The notes beneath the pieces are model-generated. The model saw nothing but the letters and a program-made list of their open reading frames with translations. It made no database searches and had not been told where the DNA came from. A stretch of DNA of 64,000 bases from Albugo candida. Lineage: Eukaryota. This document shows, piece by piece, positions 37,801-49,635 of the stretch. Each line of letters begins with the position of its first letter. The first letter of the stretch is position 1. A program made the position numbers and the translations under genes. Location of the stretch: NCBI GenBank assembly GCA_040437565.1, contig JBDOQK010000012.1:62001-126000 (forward strand), read 5' to 3'.

Positions 37801-40800
37801 NNNNAGCAGGTGTCAGTCGTACAATTTCACTTATACAAACGTACAGCGCAGTTGCTGGCATTAAAACTTGAACAGCTTTCGCGTAAGCAATGCAGTCTCT
37901 ACCCAACACGTAATCATTCACAAATCACATCAACTGTGGACGCGAGCTCCTCCTCTATAGAATGGCAACATCTATTTACGTTCGGTGCAGTCGTCAATGA
38001 GTCGTCCGACTCATTCGTACGCATGGCGACGAGACTTTCAGGTGATTCAGAGATTGTGAATGCTGTCGCTGTGCTCGAAATAAAGAAAACCATATTTCGG
38101 TATCTCACGGAATTACTTGAGATCAGCCAGCGCACCGGTTTTGGTAATCTTCTCAGAAATGCTGGCACTGAGATCTGGAATCATCATCTTTGCGCATTCG
38201 AGCGGCTATGGTTCACTGGATCAGCATCGAGCTTGGACTGGATAGCACCCGAGTCCATAAATCTTCTGGAAAGCATTGCCTCGGAATTAGAAGTTTGGAG
38301 CTTCATCCCAAATTGTAAGAAAAACTCCCTCGAAGCACTTCGACTATGGCTATCCGTGTCATTAGCAATTGCATTCTACTACGAAAAAGCTGGTCAACTT
38401 GATAAATCACTTCTGTTGTGTGACACTGTACTTGCGAAAAGAACAAATCTTTCTTCATTTGATTGTTTAGTCAAACATCGGCTCAAATACTTTATCGAGA
38501 TTAGAACTCGAAGTCACATTGGGAAATGGGTGCAGTCTAAAGGTGCGACACTAAAAGAAAAAGAAGTTGGAGCGATGGATGATGCGTTTCTGCAGTCACT
38601 ACAGTCTCCAATCCTACAATGTATTGCATTGATTGAAGCCATGACATATTACGCGAGCTCAGGTACAGATACACCTACCTACGATAAGATGATGGATGGA
38701 TTATATCAAAAGGTGAATAGCATAGCACCTCTCACGACAAGTGGTGAGAAAATGGAGCCAATTAAACAAAATGAGCTCAAAATAGAAGTATTGGTTCGTC
38801 TCGGCTGGTGTGCGTTGTGTCATTTTCAGCAGCCAGGTTTTGCAATTGACTGCTGTCAGCACGTGATAAAATGGAGTAGTGAGGGTCCTGGAGATGCGAG
38901 ATCGCAATCAAGTGGCTCAAATCTCACCCATTGGATATATAATGCGTATCTCGTAGCTGGTAAAGCGGTTTTTGTGACAGTGGGTTGCACGGAACGCGTA
39001 TCACTTCACATTTTACTTCAAGCCATAAAGTACTTTGTGAAAGGGGCAGAAGTTGCAAATTATGCGGGATTGCCAACGCACAGATCTGCGGAGTTTGTGC
39101 GAAGCGTTTTATCTGATGCCCTCACCAAGCAACAGTCTTGGGAACCGTTGGATCATACAGAATTTTGCGACGCAAAGGGATGTGAAATCAATGACATTCC
39201 AGCTTTTCGGGCCGTGGTGATTGTAAAGATTCGAAGAATGCTCCAACACATCGGGAGATATCGTCCAAGAGAATGTGAAGATGTTCGATTGGAGCTGATT
39301 TTGATCGCTCTTCGGCTTGCTGATAATGACTGGCCTACAGCATCCAGCATCAGTAAAGAGTATTGGGAGGACTTTGAGCAATGCTCTCGCGTCTGTCGAT
39401 CCGAAAAGCGTCCAGTTGAATCAAAAATGCTGCATGACTTCGTACGACTTAGTGCTATCGCAGCATTTCAAGTTGCACAGCGTAAGGAAACACCGGTTCG
39501 AATTGAAGAGGTGAAAGCACTTTCTCTACTCAATGAAAGCATCGATCCCCTGATGACGAGCTTGACATTACAGAAAATTGCTACTGCCTGTGGTGAGAAT
39601 CCACATATACAGCTCCAGGTACTTGTGAGATCTATTCAAGAAATCCAAAGCAGCAATCCAAAGGAAATGGCACAACTCGCCCAGCTTTTCGTAGAGTCTG
39701 CGGAATGGTTATACAGCCAGGGATTCCACTTTTCGCAAGTACAAAATTTCTATCATTTGGCTATTCAAATCTATCCGATTCGTCGTGACAGTGAATTAGT
39801 GGAAGATGAACAAAACAGAGCAATTCCGTCTCGTTTGAAGCACTTATTGTTTCAGGTGCGGGTTACGACAGCATTGGCAATGGCTTCTCCGACGTGGGAG
39901 ATTCGACGAGGCTATATTATGGCTGCGCACACAAACGTGCTTGAAAGCTGGAGAAATATCACGCTGGAGATGAGTAAAGTGCACGACGAGTTGCAGATGG
40001 TGGCAATGAAGGATTCATCAAAGCCCACTACATCTTCCAAAGTGAAGCAGGAACAGAATGGGATGACTGGTAAGATTGATTCTGGTATAAAGTATGAATT
40101 AGGGGGAACATCACAGAATCCAGCCGATGGATCAGCTGATTTCTTAAGCCTTTTTAGTACTTTTGAATTGAGTAAGCTGCACCGGTTCCGACATGAGTGG
40201 AAACGTCTCGTGGATTTGGACGAAAAAAAATCGATATCTCTCAAAACAAATGATGATAGTTTGCTGCACAAAACTGTAAATGATCGCAAAGGAGAGCTTC
40301 ACTGGCACGCCTCTTGTGTTGTCATTACATGCTACTATCTGAAGAAGCTCCTTCAATTACTGCGGGATGAGGAAATGGAGCAGATAGGCTTACCAATTAT
40401 TTGTCTGCACGATTATCTTAGCGTTTGTCTATATGCAGATAGATTCTCGCACACAGAAACAGAAGATGCTATACCGTCAACACCATCCCGCGATATCGCA
40501 CCAGCTAGCCAGAATGTTGTAGCGAGAAAACCGTCTTGCATACTCTGTGCATGGACAGAGCTTATGGTGTTTCGCTTTCTCTCGGCGGAAGATCGTCCAG
40601 CTCTTGCATCAATTGCACTTGATCAAGCTTTGGAGCTGGTACACAATCATATTGATATGTACAATGAGTTGCAATTGCAAGCAAAATCACCATTGTATCA
40701 AAAGCTTTCGTCCGAGCCGGTCGTAAGCACGTTATCGTATCGAACGCTTTTGTCAGCTAAGGCTTTTGATCTGTTATCAATGGCCATCTCGATTGTGGAA

Positions 40801-43212
40801 ATGCTTCTTGAGCTGGGATATACACATGAAAGTAGCTGTGTCTTAGAAGTTATCAACAAAGTATCCGCGAGTGATGGTTATTGCACTAGACAATGGGACT
40901 CTGTGATTGTCAAACTCATGATTCAGGTCAAGATTCAGCAGGGAAATATTGAGGAAGCAATTATCCTCTGCGAGCGATATGCCACAGAGCCACATGCTTC
41001 TTGGACGGAATTATCCGTATCTCATTATGTGGATCTAATGCTCACATTGGCGCAAACATTTGTCGAGCAAAGAAACATGACACGGTCCCTAGAAGTTTTA
41101 CATGTGGCTGAGCGAAATGCGTCATTTTTTGCTAATTGTGAGCGCCAACATGAGAAATTTCGACTCGCAGCGCATGAGACCGTAGCTAGTCTTGAAACTT
41201 GTGCCACGAAAATCGGGACACATGGTGAAGGAGAGCTAAACCATGAATTGAAGATCACCCGTGAATATGATCATGATCGTGTCGTAAAGACTATTCCTTT
41301 GCCTCTACTTTGTTCGCTAGCACGAGTAAAACTCGCTAAAGCTCGTTTGTTGATATTCGCAAAATGGCATACTTTGCAAGAAACGAGCCAAAGCGCTTAT
41401 AACCGGGGTCACGATGGGACTAAACAAGCTATGAATTTTTTAAATGATGCCAAACGCCTTGTGCGAGATGGTATGAGATTGACGGAGCCAGCTGGATACG
41501 CGTGGATACTAATCAGATCTTTGATTTTGTATCAGAATGCACTACAGGGGATGCTAGCCTCCCATGCAAATACACTGCAGATGAAAGACTATGCTTCACA
41601 TTTGGAGGAACTGAAGTTTGTACAAAATTACACGCGTGGACTTCTCCAGCATTTGCATCGTGACTTGGCCAAAACAATTCCAGAGATAGAAAAGAGTTTT
41701 GACGGACAACTCAAAAGCGCTAAACTCGATGTCTTTCGAGCTCGAATCGATTCCGAAATTGCCATACAGCAGCTCAAGCAAGTGGACTTGAGACTCTCGC
41801 AAGCACTATCTTTCTACAACGTGAAGTTTCATGAGATGACTTGGTTTGAGCACCAGAAACACGAGAAACTATCCGTCGTTGATCGCTGGCTGCTTGAGAC
41901 CGATTCGGACTCTGATGTCCTCCAAGAAGCAAACAAACGTATATTTCCGAATGCAAAAAAGTATCTCTCGGCAGCTGAACGTGTCAACGCAGCTATTGCT
42001 GTGCTCACTAGTTGTTCTCACGATGAGTATGCTCTAGCTGGATGCATCTTTCGTAGTCAATTGCAGCGGCTATATCTTTTTCATGGCAATCCTAAGCTTT
42101 ACAAACACTGCTGGACAAGATACACGTCTTGGAACAACTCTAAGGTGACTTGGATTGTTGGAAACCGAAAAGAAGAAGCTTTGACTAGTGATGTCACACC
42201 TGTTCAGGAGATCCCCACAGAAGAACAAGAGCTAGGAGCTTCATTAAGTAACCTTTTGGCACTCATTTCTGATCTCCAATCACAGCAAAAACTTGCTTTC
42301 GACAAGAATAACGCAAATCTCATCGCACGCTCTTCATACGAATTATTACAATGCTTTAGCTTAAAGCATTTGATTTCAGCTATTGATAATTTGTGCTTAT
42401 ATCAAGCATGTGTCGCCAGAAAGAAGCTTGAAAATCTCCTTTTGAAAAGTGGTGGCACCCACACCTCGCATTTGCTGCATCTGCGACGCATGCAAAAGCT
42501 ACAACTCGATGATGGTCTTCTTCCAGGTTTTCTGACGAGAATGGATCAGAATTTGTGGACTCCCTTTCCAACTGCGAGTCAAGCGTTCAAAGAATCGCAA
42601 CGTCACTTGTCAGAAGATTGGAAAGATTTCAAACAAATGCAGTTATCTAGCACTTGCGACCTTCGATTGGCATTCTCATTATTACCACCTGATAATCGTA
42701 TCATTATACTGCAACTTTCTCCTGAAAAAGCCTTTCTATTCGGTGCGTACGTATCACCAGCATCCTTTGAAAACCTCGTTCATGATTTAGATTATACCGC
42801 GCTCACGAGAATGGAAGTCACCGATATGGGGCGGATTTACTGTTTACAAGATCGTATCAAAGAATGGCGTTCAGACATTGCCCATAAGGTATTCTCAGCT
42901 GATATCAAAACCGATTGTATTCAATCAAATTCGATTAAAAACGAGGATGATTTCGAGCCACATTCACTCGAAGTTATTGAGGAGGTTTCTCAATTTTTCA
43001 GTCCGCTATTCCAGCATGATGCTTTTTGCGCTGCTATCGAGTCTGATTTGCCCGGAAAATCGCTTATTTTGCTTGTGGATGAGGACTTGTCATCTTTTCC
43101 GCTCAGATTACTACCTCAATTTAGAGATGCAAAGGGGATTTCGCACGATTCCTCTATTCAGAGTTTATGTCAGCGACTTAGCGTTACTGCAGAAAGCGTC
43201 ATTTCAAGTTGA
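34859..43212 (+). CDS. CFAP46: Cilia- and flagella-associated protein 46-like (TPR-rich central apparatus protein)
   Basis: PRYDFLVYNSSMIYWRIAR resembles the CFAP46 N-terminal motif. About 2,500 aa of helical-repeat protein. C-terminal IIILQLSPEKAFLFGA and LILLVDEDL..FPL..L...ISHDSSIQ. Two gaps with duplicated flanks. Exact start and end are uncertain. Confidence 0.75.
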
Positions 43213-43701
43213 GATTATGTTGCCACCCGTGAAGAATGCTGTGACTAGTAAATCGGACAATAAAATGGACCATTTTACACATATAACGATGTCAGCAAGC
43301 CTCGTTTTCGACCGAATGGTCTACTATGAAAACTGCTAGAGCTTGCGAACTTGCACCGTTCAATGGGTTTGTCAACGCAGGTTAATAGTACTTTTGATGG
43401 AGAAGAGCGCTTATAGAAGATAGTCTATACCAATTAATGAAACATATCGATCAAGATAACATCTTCGCTATTTCTCCATCAGAAGTACTTTTCAACTTCC
43501 TTGGTATAATCTACAATCATCAATACAAACAGATAAAGCCTTGTGAATCCAGGCGACTGATGGTCGCAGAGATTCAATGCTGTCCTACTTCAAGCGTAAA
43601 GTTCTGCTCAAGCACTCAGATGGCAGGAAGACTTGTCTTCGCGTAGATTAACTCAGATACCATCGATCAGAAGCTGGCTACTTGTGTACTTGTAGATTAT
43701 C

Positions 43702-44883
43702 TGTGACCAACGACACCCAGGGAGCTTAAAATCCGGAAGTCCGTATATTAGGTCCTTAGTTCACTTAACAGTAAATCTAAGCCTTTACAAACTACTGCAT
43801 CTTATCTGCACATCCGTTCTGTTGAATATTCAGCACTCCCCCTCAAGATACTTAAACGGATTCCACTTGACTTAATGAGGTGTTCGAAGTGTTTTGTCGA
43901 TATTGACTTTGTCAAGAAGTCGGCTAGTTGTAGTTTTGTTGGGATGTAGTCCAATCGGATAATTCCGGATTTGATGTGCTGGTGAATGAAATGATGCCTG
44001 ATGTCGATATGTTTCGCTCGACTCTGATAACCATCGTTTGTTGCAATTGCCATTGCGCCCTGATTATCCACAAAAAATTGGATAGGTTTGTCGAACTGTT
44101 GCTCTATTTCTCGCAATAGCTGCTTCACCCATATAATTTCTTGCACGCACACGACATTGCCATGTATTCAGCTTCAGCTTCAGCTGAGCTAAGCGCAATG
44201 CTTTTTTGCAGTCGGGATTTGTAAACAACTGGAGTTCCATTTATCATGACCATAATGCCTGATGTTGAACGCCGATCATCGTTACTGCCTCCCCAATCTG
44301 AATCGCTGTAGGCTTTGACCATCAATTCTTCATTTTCACCGGTAATATCAAACCAAGTTCTGGAGTTGTCTTCAAATTTCTGAGGACTCGAATCCCTGCA
44401 TTCCAGTGGGCCATACACGGCTTCTTCAAGAATCGACTTAATTCACATACTGCAAATGCTACGTCTGGTTTGGTGCTCATTGCGATATAAAGTAGGGATC
44501 CAATCAACGAACGATATGACCTGTTCTTCAGGCGTTCATCTTCACTTAATGTCTTTGTTAGCTTTTGACTTGTGCAAGTTGGATTGTAAAGAGGAGCTGA
44601 CTTTTCTTGGCCGAATTTCTCAACCATTCGTTTTATATCAGCCTTCTGTGACAAGTGCATCAGTTTCATTTTGTTGTCGTACGATAATTCCATACCCAAA
44701 ATGTACTTTGCCGCACCCAATCTCTTCGTTGTGAATATTCAGGCAAGTAGTTTGCTGATGCCTTCTATCACATCAATTGATTTTGCTGAAATCAACATGT
44801 CATCCACATAGAGTGCGATATACACGAAATTTGTTTGTTTAGGGCGAACGAAAATACATGAGTCGGATGTGCATTGCTTGAAC
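43702..44883 (-). mobile_element. Ty1/Copia retrotransposon 3' fragment (RT-RNase H, PPT, 3' LTR)
   Basis: IALYVDDMLI, YRSLIGSLLY, AYSDSDWG, RRSTSG, ALSSAEAEAEY, KHIDIRHHF, QLADFLTK, with frameshifts. PPT TTGAGGGGGAG is followed by a putative LTR TGCTG...TCACA (43835-43702). Confidence 0.92.
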
Positions 44884-45268
44884 NNNNNNNNNNNNNNNNN
44901 NNNNNNNNNNNNNNNNNNNNNNNNNNNNNNNNNNNNNNNNNNNNNNNNNNNNNNNNNNNNNNNNNNNNNNNNNNNNNNNNNNNTCAACTCCAACAAGTCC
45001 CGTTGGTGGCTGCAGCAATTTATTTTGAACAATGGCATCATATTCTCTCATGTATTTTGAATCCATTGTTTGCTTGAATGCCGTTATTATTGCACAACTT
45101 GTTGTATATTGCTGCGTGATAGGGAGGGAAGCGAAAATGTGGAAACGGGTAAGGTATTATGTGTCTATCTTACGTAAACGCAGTAATATATCGATCAATT
45201 TATATTAGTTTTTTACACTATTTAGCCAATCAGAGATGTTTTGTCTGTGGCAATAGTCACACCATTTA

Positions 45269-45420
45269 GTTATCTTACTTGTCTGTATATTTCCGGGAAG
45301 GCAGCCAATGAGAACATGCAAATAAAACGGAGCCGCTCACGATTGGATAAAGATGTCGTGTATGGGACGAATGAAAACGTCACAATTAAAGCTGAAGCAT
45401 CTATCATGTTTGATGCATTT
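45269..45420 (+). repeat. Dispersed ~150-bp repeat, copy 1 (direct copy at ~49484-49635)
   Basis: GGGAAGG.AGCCAATGA.AACATGCAAATA.AA.GGAGCCGCTC..GATTGGAT.AAGATGTCGTGTAT.GGACGAATGAAAACGT is shared by both copies. Confidence 0.85.
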
Positions 45421-45759
45421 ATATGTAGATCAACTCAGACTCAGAGCGATACGTCATGATTGATCAGAAGCTGGCTACTTGTCTGATCTATTGTCTTCGT
45501 AGCATGCATTACGCAAAATTGTGCATAACAGTAGCGCATTATACTATAATAAAACAAAGCGAGCACGGCACAACATTATCTGATGTTAACGACTCACTTT
45601 TAGAATTACATCATGTCTTCACTATTTTCGACATCTCCACTGTAACACTTGAGCAATCACACAGCACTACAACAATAACATACCCCCCCCAAACAATAAC
45701 AGAACACTACTAACTACTACAACAACATGGAATTGTCCCCAAAATAAGAAGCCGCTATC

Positions 45760-46415
45760 GAAACTGGACGCATGGAGGACTGTATTCGTTCGAGTATCTC
45801 AATTATCTCACCTTCAACCTTAGCCGAAGACGTTCAACGCACGGATATACTGTTGAAAAGCCGATCAAGGATGGTCCCATTCAAAGCGATACTGTAGTTG
45901 CCAAAACAAAGAAGATCGATGAGACATCAGGAGTTACAGAAACAGAAAACGAACATGTGAACGCCATACAGAAGAAGTCGGAGTATGTGCTTGCAGTACA
46001 TTACAACGCCCGCATCTTGGAAAGGTCGCGGCATCGGAAATGACTGCCAAGGAAGCGAAACGAAGAGTTGCAGTTCGTGATTCGTTAGTCATTTTCTTGA
46101 TTCGCTCATCACGAACTGCAACTCCTCGTTTCGCTTCCTTGGCATTCCTTTCCGATGCCGCGACCTTTCCAAGCAGCTGATGTTGTACTGAAAGCACATG
46201 CTCCGACTTCTTCTGTATGGCGTTCACATGTTCGTTTTTCTGTTCCTGCAACTCCCTAATGTCACATCGATCTTCTTTGTTTTTTAAGTACAGTATCGCA
46301 TTGAGTACTTCAGTCCTTGATCGGCTTTTCAGCGAGTATATCCATGCACTGTATGTCTTTGGCTAAGATTGTCGGTGAAATACTTTAATCAATACAGCCT
46401 TCATGCAACCGTTTC
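45760..46415. repeat. Fold-back inverted duplication, arms ~320 bp, 26-nt loop (46082-46107)
   Basis: For example GAACATGTGAACGCCATACAGAAGAAGTCGGAG (left arm) pairs with CTCCGACTTCTTCTGTATGGCGTTCACATGTTC (right arm), and GAGTTGCAGTTCGTGAT pairs with ATCACGAACTGCAACTC. Confidence 0.95.
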
Positions 46416-48000
46416 CGGTTATTTTTTTGTTTTGGTAATGTTTCTAGATCGTTCGCATCACATAGAGACTCTGGTTCTTCAGTGTCATGAAAGCTTTATC
46501 GATTTACTTCTTGTGATGCCATCATACAAACCTTCTTCTGCAGCTTCTCTGCATGATTCTTTAATTCCTTATGCTTAAAATCCAGTTGTTTGTGATCAAA
46601 CTGACGGTCACTGTACTGACTATCTTTAGTTTCTAAGGAGAGCCCCAATCTCGCCATCACGCTCTGTTTTTCTTCATCGGCTTGCTTCCAATTCAACTTA
46701 AGAGACTCCATCAACTGAGCTTTGCTATCCAGTTGAGCTTTCAGATCTTTTATTCCAAGTCCTCATCGATCCGACTTCAGTTGAACCTTGAGTATCCTTC
46801 TTCCAGCTTCTAGAACTTCTTCTGGAGCTGTTGCATAGGCTCCATAGTGCTTACTTGAGATAACATAGCCGTTTCATGAGCCCTTGTAGATGCACTTGTC
46901 TTTCCTGAACGTCCTTGATCGCTGCTTGCTGATACATTTTCAAGAGGGGTTGTAAATTCCAGTCGATTCTTTAGCAAATCAACACGATTCTTTGCCAGCT
47001 GTAAATCCTTTGAAACAATGTCACAATATCCATCAAGTCATCGCAACTCTTGCGCTCATTCATGACTGCTTCGTTTTTAATTTTCCCCCCTATTGCCAAA
47101 CCGAAGGGTCGAAAATGTCTCAGTTGAACCCGACACGCTGCAAGATATGTTCACGATGAGTGTTGTCCGTGAATTGCCCCCAATAGAGTCTTGAAGAATA
47201 CGGGGAGTGTGGAATCGCGATACAGTACATGATTCATCTTCGGGTCGGTCAAGTTGTTGATAACGTTCCGAGGGTAGACAGCGATCTATTGAGCATCTTC
47301 GCCTCCACAAGCCGTCTTCCAGCAGCTTCGGTCTTCCTCACCATTTCGGATCCAGCCAGATCCACGAGCTAGAGCTTTCCTGATTTGCCACTTGGATATC
47401 AATTTTTTTTTGAGATACTGTCACCATAAGGACACTGTGACTGCATGAGCTGCGCTCATTCATTTTGGTTGCGGCCATGGCACGCCTTTTGGTTCCGTCA
47501 GTCCCAAGATGCATCAAGTCTTCTGCGCTTGTGACGAACGTCTCGATCACATTTCCGACAAAGAAACCACGTCGCGTGTCCTCCCGTATTCGGAGCTTCG
47601 TTCCTGCTCTTTGGGGGTTCAAAAGATCGGACACTTGCTCCATATAGATTTAGTCATAGCTCAGCTTGATTGTACATTCCAACTTTGCATCAGCAGTATG
47701 GACGCAGTTGAATAACTGGACAGCTGTTCTTGGAACTATTCCTTGACCCTCAGGGCGATCCGTGTCGTTGCCTTGCAATGCATACGTCTTGCCAGACGAA
47801 GTTTGCCTGTACGTGAGAATTGTGGAGTTGTATCCGTCCATGATATCTACAGAACAGAAGTTAGATATACTAGGACAAAACCATATCGACAAACATAATC
47901 AAATCTTTAACAGCCGATCGGGCTACCGCATTGAACACGGTTAATTGGTCATCTTCTTCAGTGGACGTGGTGATACTGGAAGTCGTGATACACCGTTTCT
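46082..48000 (-). pseudogene. Kinesin heavy-chain-like pseudogene (motor plus coiled coil)
   Basis: GYNSTILTYRQTSSGKTY (P-loop region, G>R), MNERSSCSHSV (switch I, R>C), L*LVDLAGSE (in-frame stop, shifted frame), RILQDSIGGNSRTTLIVN, ETFSTLRFG. Multiple stops and frameshifts. Boundaries are approximate. Confidence 0.9.
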
Positions 48001-48291
48001 CTCTATACAAGAGGATCACGAATGCGAATACATATTGATCGTGCATAAATGACGCACCTTGTGATGGACGATGTTGTCGCTTGTTCGAACACATTTGCGT
48101 TCGTATTGGTTGGTTTCTTTCGCAGGTGAAGGTCTTAGTCGGCAACAAACGCGAACGTTGCCAACTTGTTCATGCTATCAATCATCTTTCATTAGGTGTT
48201 AGTGTTGCTTCATTATGGAATGAAATTTCAGAAACGTACTTTTGAAGTCACCATAGGGGTTCAACTTGACAGCTTTAGCCTGCTTTCTTAA

Positions 48292-49475
48292 GGGAATTGT
48301 TCCACTCCCTTTTTGGTTAAATTCACTCCCTTTTTGAATCATGTGGTACACATAAGTATACTATGTATACTTTTTATCTATATTTAGGGAATTGTTCTAT
48401 TGACTCCCTTTTAAGTCACGCGGCACACATTATTATACATAATTAGGATTGTTATATTCACTCCCTTTTCGGTTAGATTCACTACCTTTTAAGTCACGTG
48501 ACCCACATTATTATACATTCAATAATAATACAAAGCTACCAGCTCAAAATTTCGCAAGCGATCCAATTTGCCAATCTTTTGATTTTCCACTACTACCTTA
48601 TCTTTAACGTTGTGAAGAATTTGATACGATCGATCTAAGAAATGCCCGATGGACTCGAGAAGATACGTGATGCTTCATACTTCTTGTGACGATCGCTATG
48701 ATCTTCTCTCGTTCTCTTCGTTAAAATCAGATTGAGGCTGGTCATAATACGCCGACGCAAAACCAAGGTTTTATTTCTACAAGGAACGAACAGTAAGATT
48801 GTGATGTCAATTCTATTGCAAGACCGATTGTTTGAGAATAAAATCAACAAGAAACAAATTGAAGTCTAGTGGAAATAACTTTCCTTTTGAGCAAAGGGAG
48901 GCAAATAGCTACAAATCACTATCATCTAAGGGAAAGGATTTTGTGATTCCCATTTGCGAAATTTGTCGTTCTAGTACACAATCTCTTTATCTCCCCGCTG
49001 AGACGCTCACAATCGTTTAGAAGCGCATAAAGTCCCTCGGACAAATGTAGGTGATCTTGTGGGGCGTATAGCGGNNNNNNNNNNNNNNNNNNNNNNNNNN
49101 NNNNNNNNNNNNNNNNNNNNNNNNNNNNNNNNNNNNNNNNNNNNNNNNNNNNNNNNNNNNNNNNNNNNNNNNNNGAGGTCCTTAGTTCACTTTACTAGCT
49201 AGTCTAAGCCTTCTCGTTCTAAACGCCCACAGCCACTAATTTATTGTCCAATAGCTGAAAGTTGATTAGCCTGATGTGTTCCACACTGGTTCAGGGACAT
49301 CAGCTTCAATAAATGTTTCAATGTATAATAATGTGGGTCACGTGACTTAAAAGGGAGTGAATCTAACCGAAAGGGGAGAGAATATAACAATTTCCAAATT
49401 ATGTATAATAATGTGTGCCACGTGAATTTAAAGGGAGTGGATATAATCAAAAAGGGACTAAACTTAACAATTCCC
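48292..49475. mobile_element. Non-autonomous TIR DNA transposon with long, internally repetitive TIRs (Merlin-like)
   Basis: Termini GGGAATTGTT...AACAATTCCC. About 48400-48519 is the reverse complement of about 49320-49440. Flanks TTTCTTAA / TTTCTTAT look like a putative 8-bp TSD with one mismatch. Confidence 0.75.
49058..49231 (-). mobile_element. Copia-related LTR nested in the TIR element (spans a gap)
   Basis: Termini TGTGGG(G)CG...CGCCCACA. AGGTCCTTAGTTCACTT...TCTAAGCCTT is shared with the Copia LTR at ~43750-43785. No TSD seen. Confidence 0.55.
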
Positions 49476-49483
49476 TTTCTTAT

Positions 49484-49635
49484 TTATCTTAATTATTTGT
49501 ATCTTTTCGGGAAGGTAGCCAATGAAAACATGCAAATACAATGGAGCCGCTCGGGATTGGATTAAGATGTCGTGTATTGGACGAATGAAAACGTGACAAT
49601 TGAGAGCTACAGAATGTATTTATTCAATGCATTTG
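49484..49635 (+). repeat. Dispersed ~150-bp repeat, copy 2
   Basis: Diverged direct copy of 45269-45420. Confidence 0.85.

Noticed and set aside
36057-38004. Internal tandem repeats in CFAP46
   Set aside because: The duplicated blocks flank N-gaps and are identical, so they are assembly overlaps.
46356-46369. U2 snRNA-like CTTTGGCTAAGAT
   Set aside because: Only a ~13-nt match inside the hairpin arm; the rest of U2 is absent.
10247-46415. A single clustered system of the Drosha-like gene plus the two hairpins
   Set aside because: The elements are 9-23 kb apart with unrelated housekeeping genes between them. Co-occurrence in one window is not evidence of linkage.
48290-48520. CRISPR-like array
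   Set aside because: The units are degenerate, have no unique spacers, are mirrored in the opposite TIR and sit in a eukaryotic context.
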